A stretch of DNA of 64,000 bases from an uncultured Bacteroidales bacterium (GTDB lineage: Bacteria > Bacteroidota > Bacteroidia > Bacteroidales > Muribaculaceae), in NCBI GenBank assembly GCA_947175575.1, contig CAMWNG010000003.1, positions 9,796-73,795 on the forward strand. The letters run 5' to 3'. Made by a program: the position numbers and the translations under genes. Shown one piece after another: positions 1 through 9,083 of this stretch. Under the pieces are notes generated by a model. That model was not told the origin of the DNA. It saw only the letters and a list, made by a program, of their open reading frames with translations, and did no database searches. Numbering within the stretch: position 1 is the first letter of the stretch; the number at the start of each line of letters is the position of its first letter.

Positions 1-774
1 CCCCTCGAACCTAATGTTCCACATCATTTCTCCTTCAGAGGAGGCGATGATGTTACCTATATCGTATCAGCATATTTGGCAGCTAAAACTGCCAAGAAAT
101 TTGGAATACGTCACCTGATACTGCAAAATATGCTTAATACACCTAAATACACATGGGGTGTGCAAGACATTGCCAAAGGTCGTACCATGCTGAAACTGGT
201 ACGTTCACTTGAAGATTCCAGTTTCAAAGTCAGCCTCCAAAGCCGAGCTGGGCTTGATTATTTTGCACCCGACTTGGAGAAAGCTAAGGTACAACTCGCT
301 GCCATCACTGCAATGATGGACGATATTGAACCTGAGAATCCCAATAGTCCAGAAATTATCCATGTCGTAAGTTATTCCGAAGCCGTTCGTTTGGCAACCC
401 CTCCTGTAATTGAAGAAAGCATAAAAATAACTCTCGGTGCTTTAAAATCCTATCGCATTTTTAAGGCATTGCATGGAGATAAAACGATTGAATTCAACGA
501 TATCACATCCCGTTTTGAATCTCTTTACACAGAGTCTAAGAAAGCTATAGAAATCCTCGAAAAAGCTTTTCCAAATCTATACACTCCCGAAGGCCTTTAT
601 AAAGTATACGAAATGGGATTCTTCCCAACTCCATACATTTACGACCCGGAGCATTTGTTCCCAAATGCAACCAAATGGAATACCGCGGTAATAAACGGAG
701 GTATCAAAGTGGTTGATGAAAATGGTAAACCTATTGATACCGCGAAGAGATATATGTCCATTTTAGGACTATGA
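1..774 (+). CDS. hypothetical protein, C-terminal part (ORF open to window start)
   Basis: Frame 1 has no stop from nt 1 (PLEPNVPHHFSFRGGDDVTY...), so the track start at 76 (a TTG) is only a lower bound. Stop at 772-774. I cannot place the sequence in a family. It is visibly more AT-rich than the next gene. Confidence 0.5.
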   Translation, partial: PLEPNVPHHFSFRGGDDVTYIVSAYLAAKTAKKFGIRHLILQNMLNTPKYTWGVQDIAKGRTMLKLVRSLEDSSFKVSLQSRAGLDYFAPDLEKAKVQLAAITAMMDDIEPENPNSPEIIHVVSYSEAVRLATPPVIEESIKITLGALKSYRIFKALHGDKTIEFNDITSRFESLYTESKKAIEILEKAFPNLYTPEGLYKVYEMGFFPTPYIYDPEHLFPNATKWNTAVINGGIKVVDENGKPIDTAKRYMSILGL

Positions 775-824
775 ATACTTTTGAATAGATTCTCAAAATT
801 CTAATAAACGAAAATCTCAACCTC

Positions 825-2087
825 ATGCGTGAACGAATTTATCTCTGTCTGGCTCACATGAGCGGCAGGGAAATGGATTATATCAAGGAGGCGTTCGACA
901 CCAATTGGGTGGTGCCGATGGGGCCGAATGTCAACGGGTTCGAAAAAGATCTCGAAAGTTTTGTAAACCGACGCGAAGGCAAGGCGCCTCTTGACCGTAA
1001 GGTGGTGTGTCTCAGTGCCGGGACGGCCGCCGTTCATCTGGCCCTGATCGCCTGCGGTGTCGGGGCCGGCGATGAGGTGCTGGTGCAGTCGTTCACTTTC
1101 TGCGCTTCTTCTCACCCCATCACTTATCTCGGTGCTACTCCCGTGTTCATCGACTCAGAAAAAGAATCCTGGAACATGGATCCCGACCTGCTTGAAGCGG
1201 CCATCAAGGACCGAATCGAAAAGACCGGCCGGCAACCCAAGGCAATCATCCCGGTAGCACTCTACGGCATGCCGTATCAGATCGACCGCATCATGGAAAT
1301 CGCCGACCGCTACGGCATTCCCGTCATCGAGGACGGAGCCGAAGGCTTCGGTTCGCTCTACAACGGGCAGAGTCTCGGCACATTCGGACGATTCGGCGTG
1401 CTCAGCTTCAACGGAAACAAGATGATAACCACCTCCGGCGGCGGCGCACTCATTTGCCCTGACGCCGAAACCGCACGCGAGATACTCTGGTATGCCACCC
1501 AGGCCCGCGAATCATATCCCTACTATCAGCACGAGGCCATCGGATACAACTACCGGATGTCAAACGTCTGCGCCGGAATAGGCCGCGGACAGATGACCGT
1601 AGTCGACGAACATATAGAACACCACAAACATGTCCAGCAGCTCTATTGCGAGCTCCTGAAGGATGTCAAGGGCATAACCATGCATGGCAATCCCGGCCCG
1701 GAATACGACTCCAACTTCTGGCTCTGCACCGCGGTGCTCGACCCCGATCTTCGCATCAAAGGACAAGAAAACGCCTACCGGCAGGTCATCACCGGAGCTG
1801 TCGGGGGTGCCGCAGGCGTAACCCATGCCGCCTCCACAGCCGTCACCGACTGCCAGCCGAACTCGAACGTCGAAGGACTCCGTATGGCACTCGATGCGGC
1901 CAATGTCGAAGCTCGTCCGCTCTGGAAACCCATGCACTGTCAACCCGTTTATAAAGACGCGCCCGCCTACCTCAACGGCGTCAGCGAGGCACTTTTCAAG
2001 ACAGGCATCTGCCTTCCCGCCGGCCCGTACGTCTCCGATGACGACGTCCGCTACATCGTCGACACCATAAAGGCCGCCATCGACTGA
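825..2087 (+). CDS. DegT/DnrJ/EryC1/StrS-family PLP-dependent aminotransferase (sugar aminotransferase type)
   Basis: ATG at 825. Family hallmarks: SFNGNKMITTSGGGALI (PLP-lysine region), GFGS, and RPLWKPMH near the C-terminus. Confidence 0.85.
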   Translation: MRERIYLCLAHMSGREMDYIKEAFDTNWVVPMGPNVNGFEKDLESFVNRREGKAPLDRKVVCLSAGTAAVHLALIACGVGAGDEVLVQSFTFCASSHPITYLGATPVFIDSEKESWNMDPDLLEAAIKDRIEKTGRQPKAIIPVALYGMPYQIDRIMEIADRYGIPVIEDGAEGFGSLYNGQSLGTFGRFGVLSFNGNKMITTSGGGALICPDAETAREILWYATQARESYPYYQHEAIGYNYRMSNVCAGIGRGQMTVVDEHIEHHKHVQQLYCELLKDVKGITMHGNPGPEYDSNFWLCTAVLDPDLRIKGQENAYRQVITGAVGGAAGVTHAASTAVTDCQPNSNVEGLRMALDAANVEARPLWKPMHCQPVYKDAPAYLNGVSEALFKTGICLPAGPYVSDDDVRYIVDTIKAAID

Positions 2088-2107
2088 CTACTAAAAATTA
2101 CGATATG

Positions 2108-2137
2108 ATGCGCGAGGCTCCGACGAGTCTCGCGCAT
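2108..2137. terminator. stem-loop between convergent genes (putative bidirectional terminator)
   Basis: atgcgcgag (2108-2116) pairs perfectly with ctcgcgcat (2129-2137) around a 12-nt loop. T-rich sequence follows on the + strand and attttt lies a few nt downstream on the - strand. Confidence 0.5.
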
Positions 2138-2140
2138 TTC

Positions 2141-3076
2141 TTATATATTAAGCAGGGAAAGATATGTCGCAAGGTCGCGGGATTTGACCAAGGCTTTCAG
2201 GTAGCGTTTGTCGAAAAGGTCTGATTCGATGAATTCAAGTCGCGGCTTCAATCGTGCAAGTGCCTGGGCATCACCTTGCGATGAAGCTATAATGCTTTCA
2301 GCAACCGCCCTGTGAATTGCCAACCAAAGCTCACGGCGCCGGTCGGCGTCCCATTCGTTTCCGCCAATTATCTCCGCTCCCAACGAGGGCCGTGAAAGCA
2401 TTCCGCGCCCTAACATCACGCCCTTGATATTGGGGAAGCGATCGGTAATCACAGCATAGTCGGACGGTGTAGTTATATCGCCGTTATAAATGAGCGGATG
2501 ATGCAGACGCTCAGAAAATCTATCGAAGCATTCCAAATCCGGCTTACCACGATAGCCCGCTTTCGCCACCCTGGGATGCAGGGTAACAAATTTAACCGGA
2601 ATCTTATTTATCAATTCGATAGTTTTCTCCCATTCATCGGGCGAAGAAATTCCGGGGCGCATCTTCACGGAAAATTCCAAGTCCGGATTCTGACTCACAA
2701 AATCAGCAAGTTCGGCCAATAAACATGGATTTACGGCCGCTGCCACTCCTCTTCCGGCCTTGACCTGCGGAGGAAACGGACAACCCATATTGAGATCAAT
2801 ACGGCTGTAACCGGCCCGGGTGATTGCCTCAGTAAGAATGCCAAGTTCATTCATATCCTTGAAAATCACCTGCGGTACCAGGCTGATATCCCGATTCCGA
2901 TCCGGCGCAAGGCTCTTAATATCCCTCGCACGGATTTCATCGCTCTCGACTCTGACGAATGGAGAAAAATAAGTGAACGACATGTCCGACGAATGCATCG
3001 CCCGCGCATGTGCGCATCGCCACGCTGGATCTGTAAGACCCTGTAAAGGCGCGATAAGTAAGGACTTTACGTTCAC
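2141..3076 (-). CDS. tRNA-dihydrouridine synthase family protein
   Basis: N-terminus LIAPLQGLTDPAWR and the NMGCPFPPQV motif are typical of Dus flavoenzymes. The start codon is GTG at 3074-3076. Confidence 0.8.
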   Translation of the reverse strand: MNVKSLLIAPLQGLTDPAWRCAHARAMHSSDMSFTYFSPFVRVESDEIRARDIKSLAPDRNRDISLVPQVIFKDMNELGILTEAITRAGYSRIDLNMGCPFPPQVKAGRGVAAAVNPCLLAELADFVSQNPDLEFSVKMRPGISSPDEWEKTIELINKIPVKFVTLHPRVAKAGYRGKPDLECFDRFSERLHHPLIYNGDITTPSDYAVITDRFPNIKGVMLGRGMLSRPSLGAEIIGGNEWDADRRRELWLAIHRAVAESIIASSQGDAQALARLKPRLEFIESDLFDKRYLKALVKSRDLATYLSLLNI

Positions 3077-3090
3077 AACGGTACAAAAAT

Positions 3091-3348
3091 TTACTTCGAC
3101 ACCGACAATTTACATGTCTTGAGAGCCTGTGCGAGCTGGTCGGGACACGATGTGTTCTTGTTTCCGCAAACGAGACCCTCGAGTGCCTCGATCACCTCAT
3201 CGACCCTACGACCGCGACAAAGCGCTGCTATGCCTTTGAGATTTCCGTTGCAACCGCCATGAACAGAGAGATTAACAACAGTGTCTCCCTCTATCTCGAT
3301 TTCCATTCTGCGGCTGCATACTCCTTTGGGGGTGTATTCAAATTTCAT
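3091..3348 (-). CDS. TSCPD-domain small protein (TIGR03905-like)
   Basis: 85 aa with GGCNGNLKGI and a literal TSCPDQL motif. ATG at 3346-3348. Confidence 0.75.
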   Translation of the reverse strand: MKFEYTPKGVCSRRMEIEIEGDTVVNLSVHGGCNGNLKGIAALCRGRRVDEVIEALEGLVCGNKNTSCPDQLAQALKTCKLSVSK

Positions 3349-4294
3349 AATACGTCTCAGGTAATTTACGAATAATCTTGTTATTGGAAGTTTTTGGTAA
3401 TTTATCCGTTACTAAAAATCGATGGGGAAAATGTCTGGAATCAGATAATCCTCTCTCCAGACGTTCCGGTAAATCCTGGAAGCTGGTATATTCCGTTTCA
3501 TCAATTACCATCACCACAGCCTGACCCCATTTGGCATGCGGCTCGGATGCTATATAGAATTCCTGAAGTCCGGGTAGTAAAAGGCGAATTTCTTCTTCAA
3601 GCTTTTCCGGATGGATTTTTAAACCACCGCTGTTAATCACATTGTCTGCTCGTCCGAGCCACATGAACGATGTCGGAGATTCAATCGACACTACATCACG
3701 CGTGATAAGAGTTTTCCATGAAAACTCCTGCGAATGTATCACCAGACAACCGTATTTGTCAGCAGTGAACGTAACGTCACCCACGGCGTGATAGACTGGA
3801 GAAGCCCCTACCCTCCTCAACGCCACATGGGAGCAGGTCTCTGTCATGCCGTAACCTATCCACGCCGGTATTCCCGACGCCATGACAGCCTCTTCCTGCC
3901 GGGTCGACATCGGAGCGCCTCCAATCAGAATTCCCCGCACAAGCTCTCTATCGAGTTGCAGGAGCGACTCAAGCTGTGAAGGCACTACCGAAATAAGATC
4001 AACAGGCTCAACCAGTTCGATACGGTTAGAGACCGGGAGTTCCAAGAGTCGGCCACCGCAAAGTTCAGCACGAACAGCCATCATTTTTCCGGCTATATAT
4101 GATGCACTCAGCGGAATAGCCACAACAGAGTTTTCATTAAGTCCGAAGAATCTGATGGTGTTCAGTGCTGAAACCCTCATGTCCGATTTCAGCAGGAGTA
4201 TATCCTTAGGCTGCCCCGTTGACCCGCTTGTGTGCGCTTCAATGTATGGACGAGGAGACCGCCATTCGTCAATAAAATCCTTCATTGTGCCCAT
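3338..4294 (-). CDS. menE: O-succinylbenzoate--CoA ligase (short AMP-binding form)
   Basis: TSGSTGQPK AMP-binding motif, YGMTE, and context directly downstream of menC. An alternative ATG lies 3 codons in (MKDF). Confidence 0.8.
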   Translation of the reverse strand: MGTMKDFIDEWRSPRPYIEAHTSGSTGQPKDILLLKSDMRVSALNTIRFFGLNENSVVAIPLSASYIAGKMMAVRAELCGGRLLELPVSNRIELVEPVDLISVVPSQLESLLQLDRELVRGILIGGAPMSTRQEEAVMASGIPAWIGYGMTETCSHVALRRVGASPVYHAVGDVTFTADKYGCLVIHSQEFSWKTLITRDVVSIESPTSFMWLGRADNVINSGGLKIHPEKLEEEIRLLLPGLQEFYIASEPHAKWGQAVVMVIDETEYTSFQDLPERLERGLSDSRHFPHRFLVTDKLPKTSNNKIIRKLPETYYEI

Positions 4295-5313
4295 GACAGT
4301 TCAGGCATTTTCCATACGCCTTCAGGCGAATACCATAAATGGTCGCCGCGGAGCGTTAACGGAGATTCCACATTATTATAATATAGCTGTCCTGTGCCGA
4401 GTCCTTGCGGAACAGTTACCCCGCGAGACGCGGCATATTCCGCAATAGCAAACAGACCCACATCCGATTCAAGGGCCGAAGTGAGCCACCATCCGACATC
4501 ACGTCTCTCGGCCTCCGAAATCCATGCGTCACAGCCGGCGAAGCCTCCGCATAGCGCAGGTTTGAGTATTATGAACTGCGGATGGATATAATCGAGCAAT
4601 CGGGCACATTCCTCCTCGGACCGAACCCCTATCAATTCCTCGTCAAGGGCAATCGGGACAGGTGTTCGCGCACATACACGGGCCGATTCATCCAAAAGTC
4701 CGGCCTTCAAGGGTTGCTCCAGCGAATGTATTCCGAAAGCAGCGAGCACATCCAGACGCCGCAAAGCATTTTCAGGCGTAAAACTGCCGTTCGCATCAAG
4801 ACGTATTTCAAGCGCATCCGCAGAATATCTCTCACGGATGATGCGGAGCAATCCTACCTCGGAATCGAAATCAATTCCACCGATTTTGAGTTTCAGCACC
4901 TTGAAACCGTCATTGAGTTTGGCGTCGATACGCTCTCGCATGATGTCGCGGTCTCCCATCCAGATCAGTCCATTTATCCGGATTCCTGACTCACCGCGGG
5001 TAAATGGAGAATCCAGCCCCCCGGATAACCTTCTGAGGGCAGTTTCTACGCCGAATCTCACTGATGACAAACTGATGGTCTCCGGACGCGACAAATTCGC
5101 AGTAGCAAGTATATGCCTCAATCTGTCGACGAAGTCAGGGGTATCTTCAGCGCTCAAACCTTCGAAAAGGTTGCACTCCCCCACTCCGCTACGCCCAGTT
5201 TCAGTATCTGTAATACGTATAAAACGGGTCAAACGCTCCGTCATCGAGTTTCGTGAAGTACGTGCCTCGAAACGAAACGATAGCTTATACTCCGCCCATT
5301 CCGCTTTAAGCAT
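4282..5313 (-). CDS. menC: o-succinylbenzoate synthase (enolase superfamily)
   Basis: Enolase-superfamily pattern (KLKIGG, RLDANGSF, LDEEL) in men context. Its ATG overlaps the menB stop (ATGA). Confidence 0.8.
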   Translation of the reverse strand: MLKAEWAEYKLSFRFEARTSRNSMTERLTRFIRITDTETGRSGVGECNLFEGLSAEDTPDFVDRLRHILATANLSRPETISLSSVRFGVETALRRLSGGLDSPFTRGESGIRINGLIWMGDRDIMRERIDAKLNDGFKVLKLKIGGIDFDSEVGLLRIIRERYSADALEIRLDANGSFTPENALRRLDVLAAFGIHSLEQPLKAGLLDESARVCARTPVPIALDEELIGVRSEEECARLLDYIHPQFIILKPALCGGFAGCDAWISEAERRDVGWWLTSALESDVGLFAIAEYAASRGVTVPQGLGTGQLYYNNVESPLTLRGDHLWYSPEGVWKMPELSWAQ

Positions 5314-6137
5314 CAGCCGGGAAACTGCGGAAATTTATCGAAATCGGGGTCTCTTTTCTCAAGAAAAGCGTTCTTGCCTTCCTGCGCCTCGTCCATCAGA
5401 TAATACATCAGAGTTGCGTCGCCCGCAAACTCCATGAGTCCGTGCTGACCGTTCAGTTCGGCATTCAGCGCGCGTTTGATCATGCGTATTGCGAAAGGAC
5501 TGCGTTTCATGATAGTCTCACACCATTCTACAACCTCATCCTCAAGACGTTCGAAAGGAACCACCTTGTTGATCATTCCCATATCAAGGGCTTCGGCTGC
5601 GGTGTACTGCCGGCAAAGGAACCAAATCTCTCGGGCTTTCTTCTGGCCTACACAACGCGCGAGATATGAAGAACCGAACCCGGCATCGAAGCTTCCGACC
5701 TTAGGGCCGGTCTGACCGAAACGGGCATTTTCAGAGGCGATTGTCAGGTCACAGATAACCTGCAGCACGTTACCGCCGCCGATCGCATAACCGTTCACCA
5801 TCGCAATAACAGGTTTCGTCAGGCTCTGTATGGTCTTATGAAGTTCAAGAACATTCAGACGCGGTGTGCCATCGGCATCCCGATAACCGCCACGATCCTT
5901 ATAATGCTGATCCCCACCGGAGCAGAATGCTTTATCGCCCACGCCGGTGAGCACCACAACGCGCACTTCCGGGTGCTCGCGGCAATAATTGAACGCATCA
6001 AGCATCTGAGCGTTGGTCTGCGGACGGAAGGCGTTATACACCTCGGGACGATTGATGCTGATACGGGCTATTCCGTTATAAAAGTCGAAAAGAATATCGG
6101 AGTATTCCTTGATAGTGGTCCAGTTACGTACTGACAT
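5313..6137 (-). CDS. menB: 1,4-dihydroxy-2-naphthoyl-CoA synthase
   Basis: Crotonase fold with FCSGGDQ, GYAIGGG and GSFDAGFG. Typical 274-aa MenB length. Confidence 0.92.
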   Translation of the reverse strand: MSVRNWTTIKEYSDILFDFYNGIARISINRPEVYNAFRPQTNAQMLDAFNYCREHPEVRVVVLTGVGDKAFCSGGDQHYKDRGGYRDADGTPRLNVLELHKTIQSLTKPVIAMVNGYAIGGGNVLQVICDLTIASENARFGQTGPKVGSFDAGFGSSYLARCVGQKKAREIWFLCRQYTAAEALDMGMINKVVPFERLEDEVVEWCETIMKRSPFAIRMIKRALNAELNGQHGLMEFAGDATLMYYLMDEAQEGKNAFLEKRDPDFDKFPQFPG

Positions 6138-6142
6138 ATTTT

Positions 6143-7828
6143 TCAGGATTTAAAGAATTCACGTAAAATGTCCGCGCTCAACGGACCCGGTGTATGCACA
6201 TCAAGTATCACCGGCAGAGTATCGTCGCTCCAAAATTGACGCAACGCATCGACAAGCCCCTCGGAGGAGTCGGCACAAATATATCTGAACCCGTATCCCT
6301 CCGCCAACTGTCGGAGCGGAAGCCTGATATCAGTTACAAAACAGCGCTCAAGCTCGGGCAGTCGGGCCGTCGAGGGAATGAAGCGGAAAATACCTCCTCC
6401 GCCGTTATTAAGTACAACGATCTTGAAATTAGCGGGTATGCAGCCGAGAGCGAGTGCTCCGATGTCATAAGCGAAACTCATATCACCGCTTATGAGCAGA
6501 GTGGGATCGGGAGTCACGAGTGCAGCTCCCACGGCTGTAGAAGTACAACCGTCAATTCCGCTGACGCCACGGTTACACTGTACAGTGGCACAACGACTGT
6601 AATCAAACATCTGGATGTATCTGATGGCTGTGCCGTTGCTTACCTGAAGATGCACACCCGAGGGTACGGACCCCAGGACAAAATCCATAGCTTTAAAATC
6701 ACTCCAATTGGCAGCCGCTGCAAAATCAACAGCTTTGCGACGTGCAACTTCAGATTTGTCAAGCCAGAAGCTCTTGAATGGAGAAGGTTCGGTATGAATT
6801 TCAATGTCCGCGAAGAGGGAGGCAAGGACGTCAGGCGTGTCAAAAACAGCTACCAGACGCTTAAAGGGGTCTACCACCCTATCGCTGTCATTGACAGCGA
6901 CGTGCTGCAAGCCGCGAACGCCCCGAAGCCATGTCTTCACATATCTGGACAGGAGCGAGCCTCCGAGCGTAACCACCACATCGGGAGCAAATCTTTCGCG
7001 TTCAGCAGCAGTAGAGACCGACAGCGTAGCGTCAATATTTCCGATTGATCCGGCCAGTGCGCCGAGGTTGCTCTGCGCCTCACGCATAACCACCACATTA
7101 GGCAATGCGGCGATACTTTCAAGAAGCGAGATATCAAAACCGGGCTGCAGGAATCCTGCGAGCACCAGAACCTTTTGCTGCGGAGAGAACATCTCACGCA
7201 TTCTGACGGTATCATAGCCGTCCGGACGTATTGCAGCTGAAGGGCGACGGACAATCTGAGGACATTCATTCAACGGAAAATCGGCTTCATCGGCCAACGG
7301 AGCATCGAGACGTACATTTATCTGCACCGGTCCACGCCGGTCGGCGAGAGCAGTGAGAACGGCTTCATTTATCAGACGGTCAGTCATCCATGCGCGATCA
7401 GGATCAGAAGATTCCACTGGCAAATCAACCGATGTCTTTGTAAAGTTCCCATAAATACCTGCCTGTCGTATTGTCTGCGAATCATCCTGATCTATCCATT
7501 CCTCGGGACGGTCAGCCGTAACGGCAATCAATGGCAGTCCGCGATAATATGCTTCAGCAAGGGCGGGGCCGTAATTGAGCGGAGCTGTACCCGAGGTGCA
7601 ACACACCGCCACCGGGGCACCGAACGATGCCATTGAGATTCCGAGTGCGACGAAAGCGGCCGTACGTTCGTCAATCACGACTGTGGTTGAAATGTCCGGA
7701 TGGCGTTCGAATGCCATAATAAGCGGCGTGTTCCGGCTGCCCGGCGACAGCACCGCGTGACGTACACCATGCTGCGCGAGTATATCGACAAGATGTCTTG
7801 CTGTTCGTTTTGTCGTATTTTTTGGCAT
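6143..7828 (-). CDS. menD: 2-succinyl-5-enolpyruvyl-6-hydroxy-3-cyclohexene-1-carboxylate synthase
   Basis: ThDP enzyme signature (GSRNTPL, GDMSF...NNGGGGIF). I chose the internal ATG at 7826-7828 ([15 protein letters not shown]) because a -7 box lies at 7867-7874, inside the longer track ORF (to 7900). Confidence 0.88.
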   Translation of the reverse strand: MPKNTTKRTARHLVDILAQHGVRHAVLSPGSRNTPLIMAFERHPDISTTVVIDERTAAFVALGISMASFGAPVAVCCTSGTAPLNYGPALAEAYYRGLPLIAVTADRPEEWIDQDDSQTIRQAGIYGNFTKTSVDLPVESSDPDRAWMTDRLINEAVLTALADRRGPVQINVRLDAPLADEADFPLNECPQIVRRPSAAIRPDGYDTVRMREMFSPQQKVLVLAGFLQPGFDISLLESIAALPNVVVMREAQSNLGALAGSIGNIDATLSVSTAAERERFAPDVVVTLGGSLLSRYVKTWLRGVRGLQHVAVNDSDRVVDPFKRLVAVFDTPDVLASLFADIEIHTEPSPFKSFWLDKSEVARRKAVDFAAAANWSDFKAMDFVLGSVPSGVHLQVSNGTAIRYIQMFDYSRCATVQCNRGVSGIDGCTSTAVGAALVTPDPTLLISGDMSFAYDIGALALGCIPANFKIVVLNNGGGGIFRFIPSTARLPELERCFVTDIRLPLRQLAEGYGFRYICADSSEGLVDALRQFWSDDTLPVILDVHTPGPLSADILREFFKS

Positions 7829-7866
7829 ATTTTTCCACAAAATATAAAAACGCCGGATGGGCAAAA

Positions 7867-7874
7867 CAAAGTTA
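7867..7874 (-). promoter_or_regulatory. Bacteroidetes-type -7 promoter box (TAACTTTG) for the men operon
   Basis: The reverse complement of caaagtta matches TAnnTTTG, 39 nt upstream of the chosen menD ATG. Confidence 0.45.
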
Positions 7875-7927
7875 AGTATTTTATTTGTTATACAAGACAT
7901 GAAACCTCTGCTTTTTGCTCCTGAACA

Positions 7928-9070
7928 ATGAAAAAACTGATATTGCCTGTACTATTGACACTCTGCGCGACGGAAATAACCGCAGCGCAGAACGTCACGG
8001 ATTCCACGGATACAAAACCTCGGAATCTGATAGACAAAGTCATGGCATATTTCAACGAGTCGAATAAGAAACCGGTGGGCCGCAACATGGACTTCAGCCT
8101 GATCGGCGGTCCGTATTATTCCTCAGAGAGCAAATTCGGTCTGGGACTTGTGGCGGCGGGGATATATTCGACCGCTCCGGAGGACACCCTGACATCGCCC
8201 TCAAATCTTTCAATATTCGCCAAAGCCACCACAGCCCCGAATCTCGAGGGCGGTGTGGAAGGAGAACACATCTGGCCACGGAACCGATACCGTCTCAACT
8301 ACGAGGTATCGTTTTCCTCGATAAACACATATTATTGGGGAGCAGGTTACGCCATGCAGAGCAATAACGCCAACAAATCAAAATACCGTTATCTGGCGTC
8401 GCATGCCGAAGCTCATTTCGCAGTGCGAGTCGGCAGCAACCTGTACATCGGACCGATGGCAACCTTCGATTATATCAACGCGTCGCATCTCCAGAATCCT
8501 GAATTATGGGACGGAGAACCGCTAAGAAATTTCAACTGGGGAATAGGCGCGTCACTGCGATTTGACACCCGTGACAATCTGACGGCTCCCAACCGTGGTG
8601 TATATGTCAGATGGGACCAGTCCTTCGACTTCCACTGGATGGGCAACAAATATCCGTTCAAGGTGAACGAATTGACAGCGTCATGGTATGGCAGACTCTG
8701 GAAGGGAGCCGTTCTCGCCACACAGGCTCATTGGCGCATAACCTGGGGTGACACCCCCTGGAGCCTGTTAAGCACCATCGGAGGCTCATCGTCAATGCGC
8801 GGCTACTACGAAGGGCGTTACCGCGATAAAGGCGAGGCAGACATAACCGTGGAACTACGCCAGAAAATATGGCGTCGCAACGGAATAGTGGTATGGGCCG
8901 GAATGGCATCGCTGTTCCCCGGCCTCGGAGACATCAACTTCCATCAACTGTTGCCGAACTTCGGCATCGGATACAGATGGGAATTCAAAAAAAACATGAA
9001 TGTGCGTGTCGACTACGGCATAGGGAAGCATGAATCCGGCATCTTCTTCAATATAAACGAGGCATTCTGA
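7928..9070 (+). CDS. Omp85/surface-antigen (D15) family outer-membrane beta-barrel protein, no obvious POTRA region
   Basis: Signal peptide (MKKLILPVLLTLCATEITAAQ), alternating beta-strand pattern, GGSSSMRGY motif and C-terminal aromatic residue (F). Confidence 0.65.
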   Translation: MKKLILPVLLTLCATEITAAQNVTDSTDTKPRNLIDKVMAYFNESNKKPVGRNMDFSLIGGPYYSSESKFGLGLVAAGIYSTAPEDTLTSPSNLSIFAKATTAPNLEGGVEGEHIWPRNRYRLNYEVSFSSINTYYWGAGYAMQSNNANKSKYRYLASHAEAHFAVRVGSNLYIGPMATFDYINASHLQNPELWDGEPLRNFNWGIGASLRFDTRDNLTAPNRGVYVRWDQSFDFHWMGNKYPFKVNELTASWYGRLWKGAVLATQAHWRITWGDTPWSLLSTIGGSSSMRGYYEGRYRDKGEADITVELRQKIWRRNGIVVWAGMASLFPGLGDINFHQLLPNFGIGYRWEFKKNMNVRVDYGIGKHESGIFFNINEAF

Positions 9071-9083
9071 CTTTCAAAAGCTT

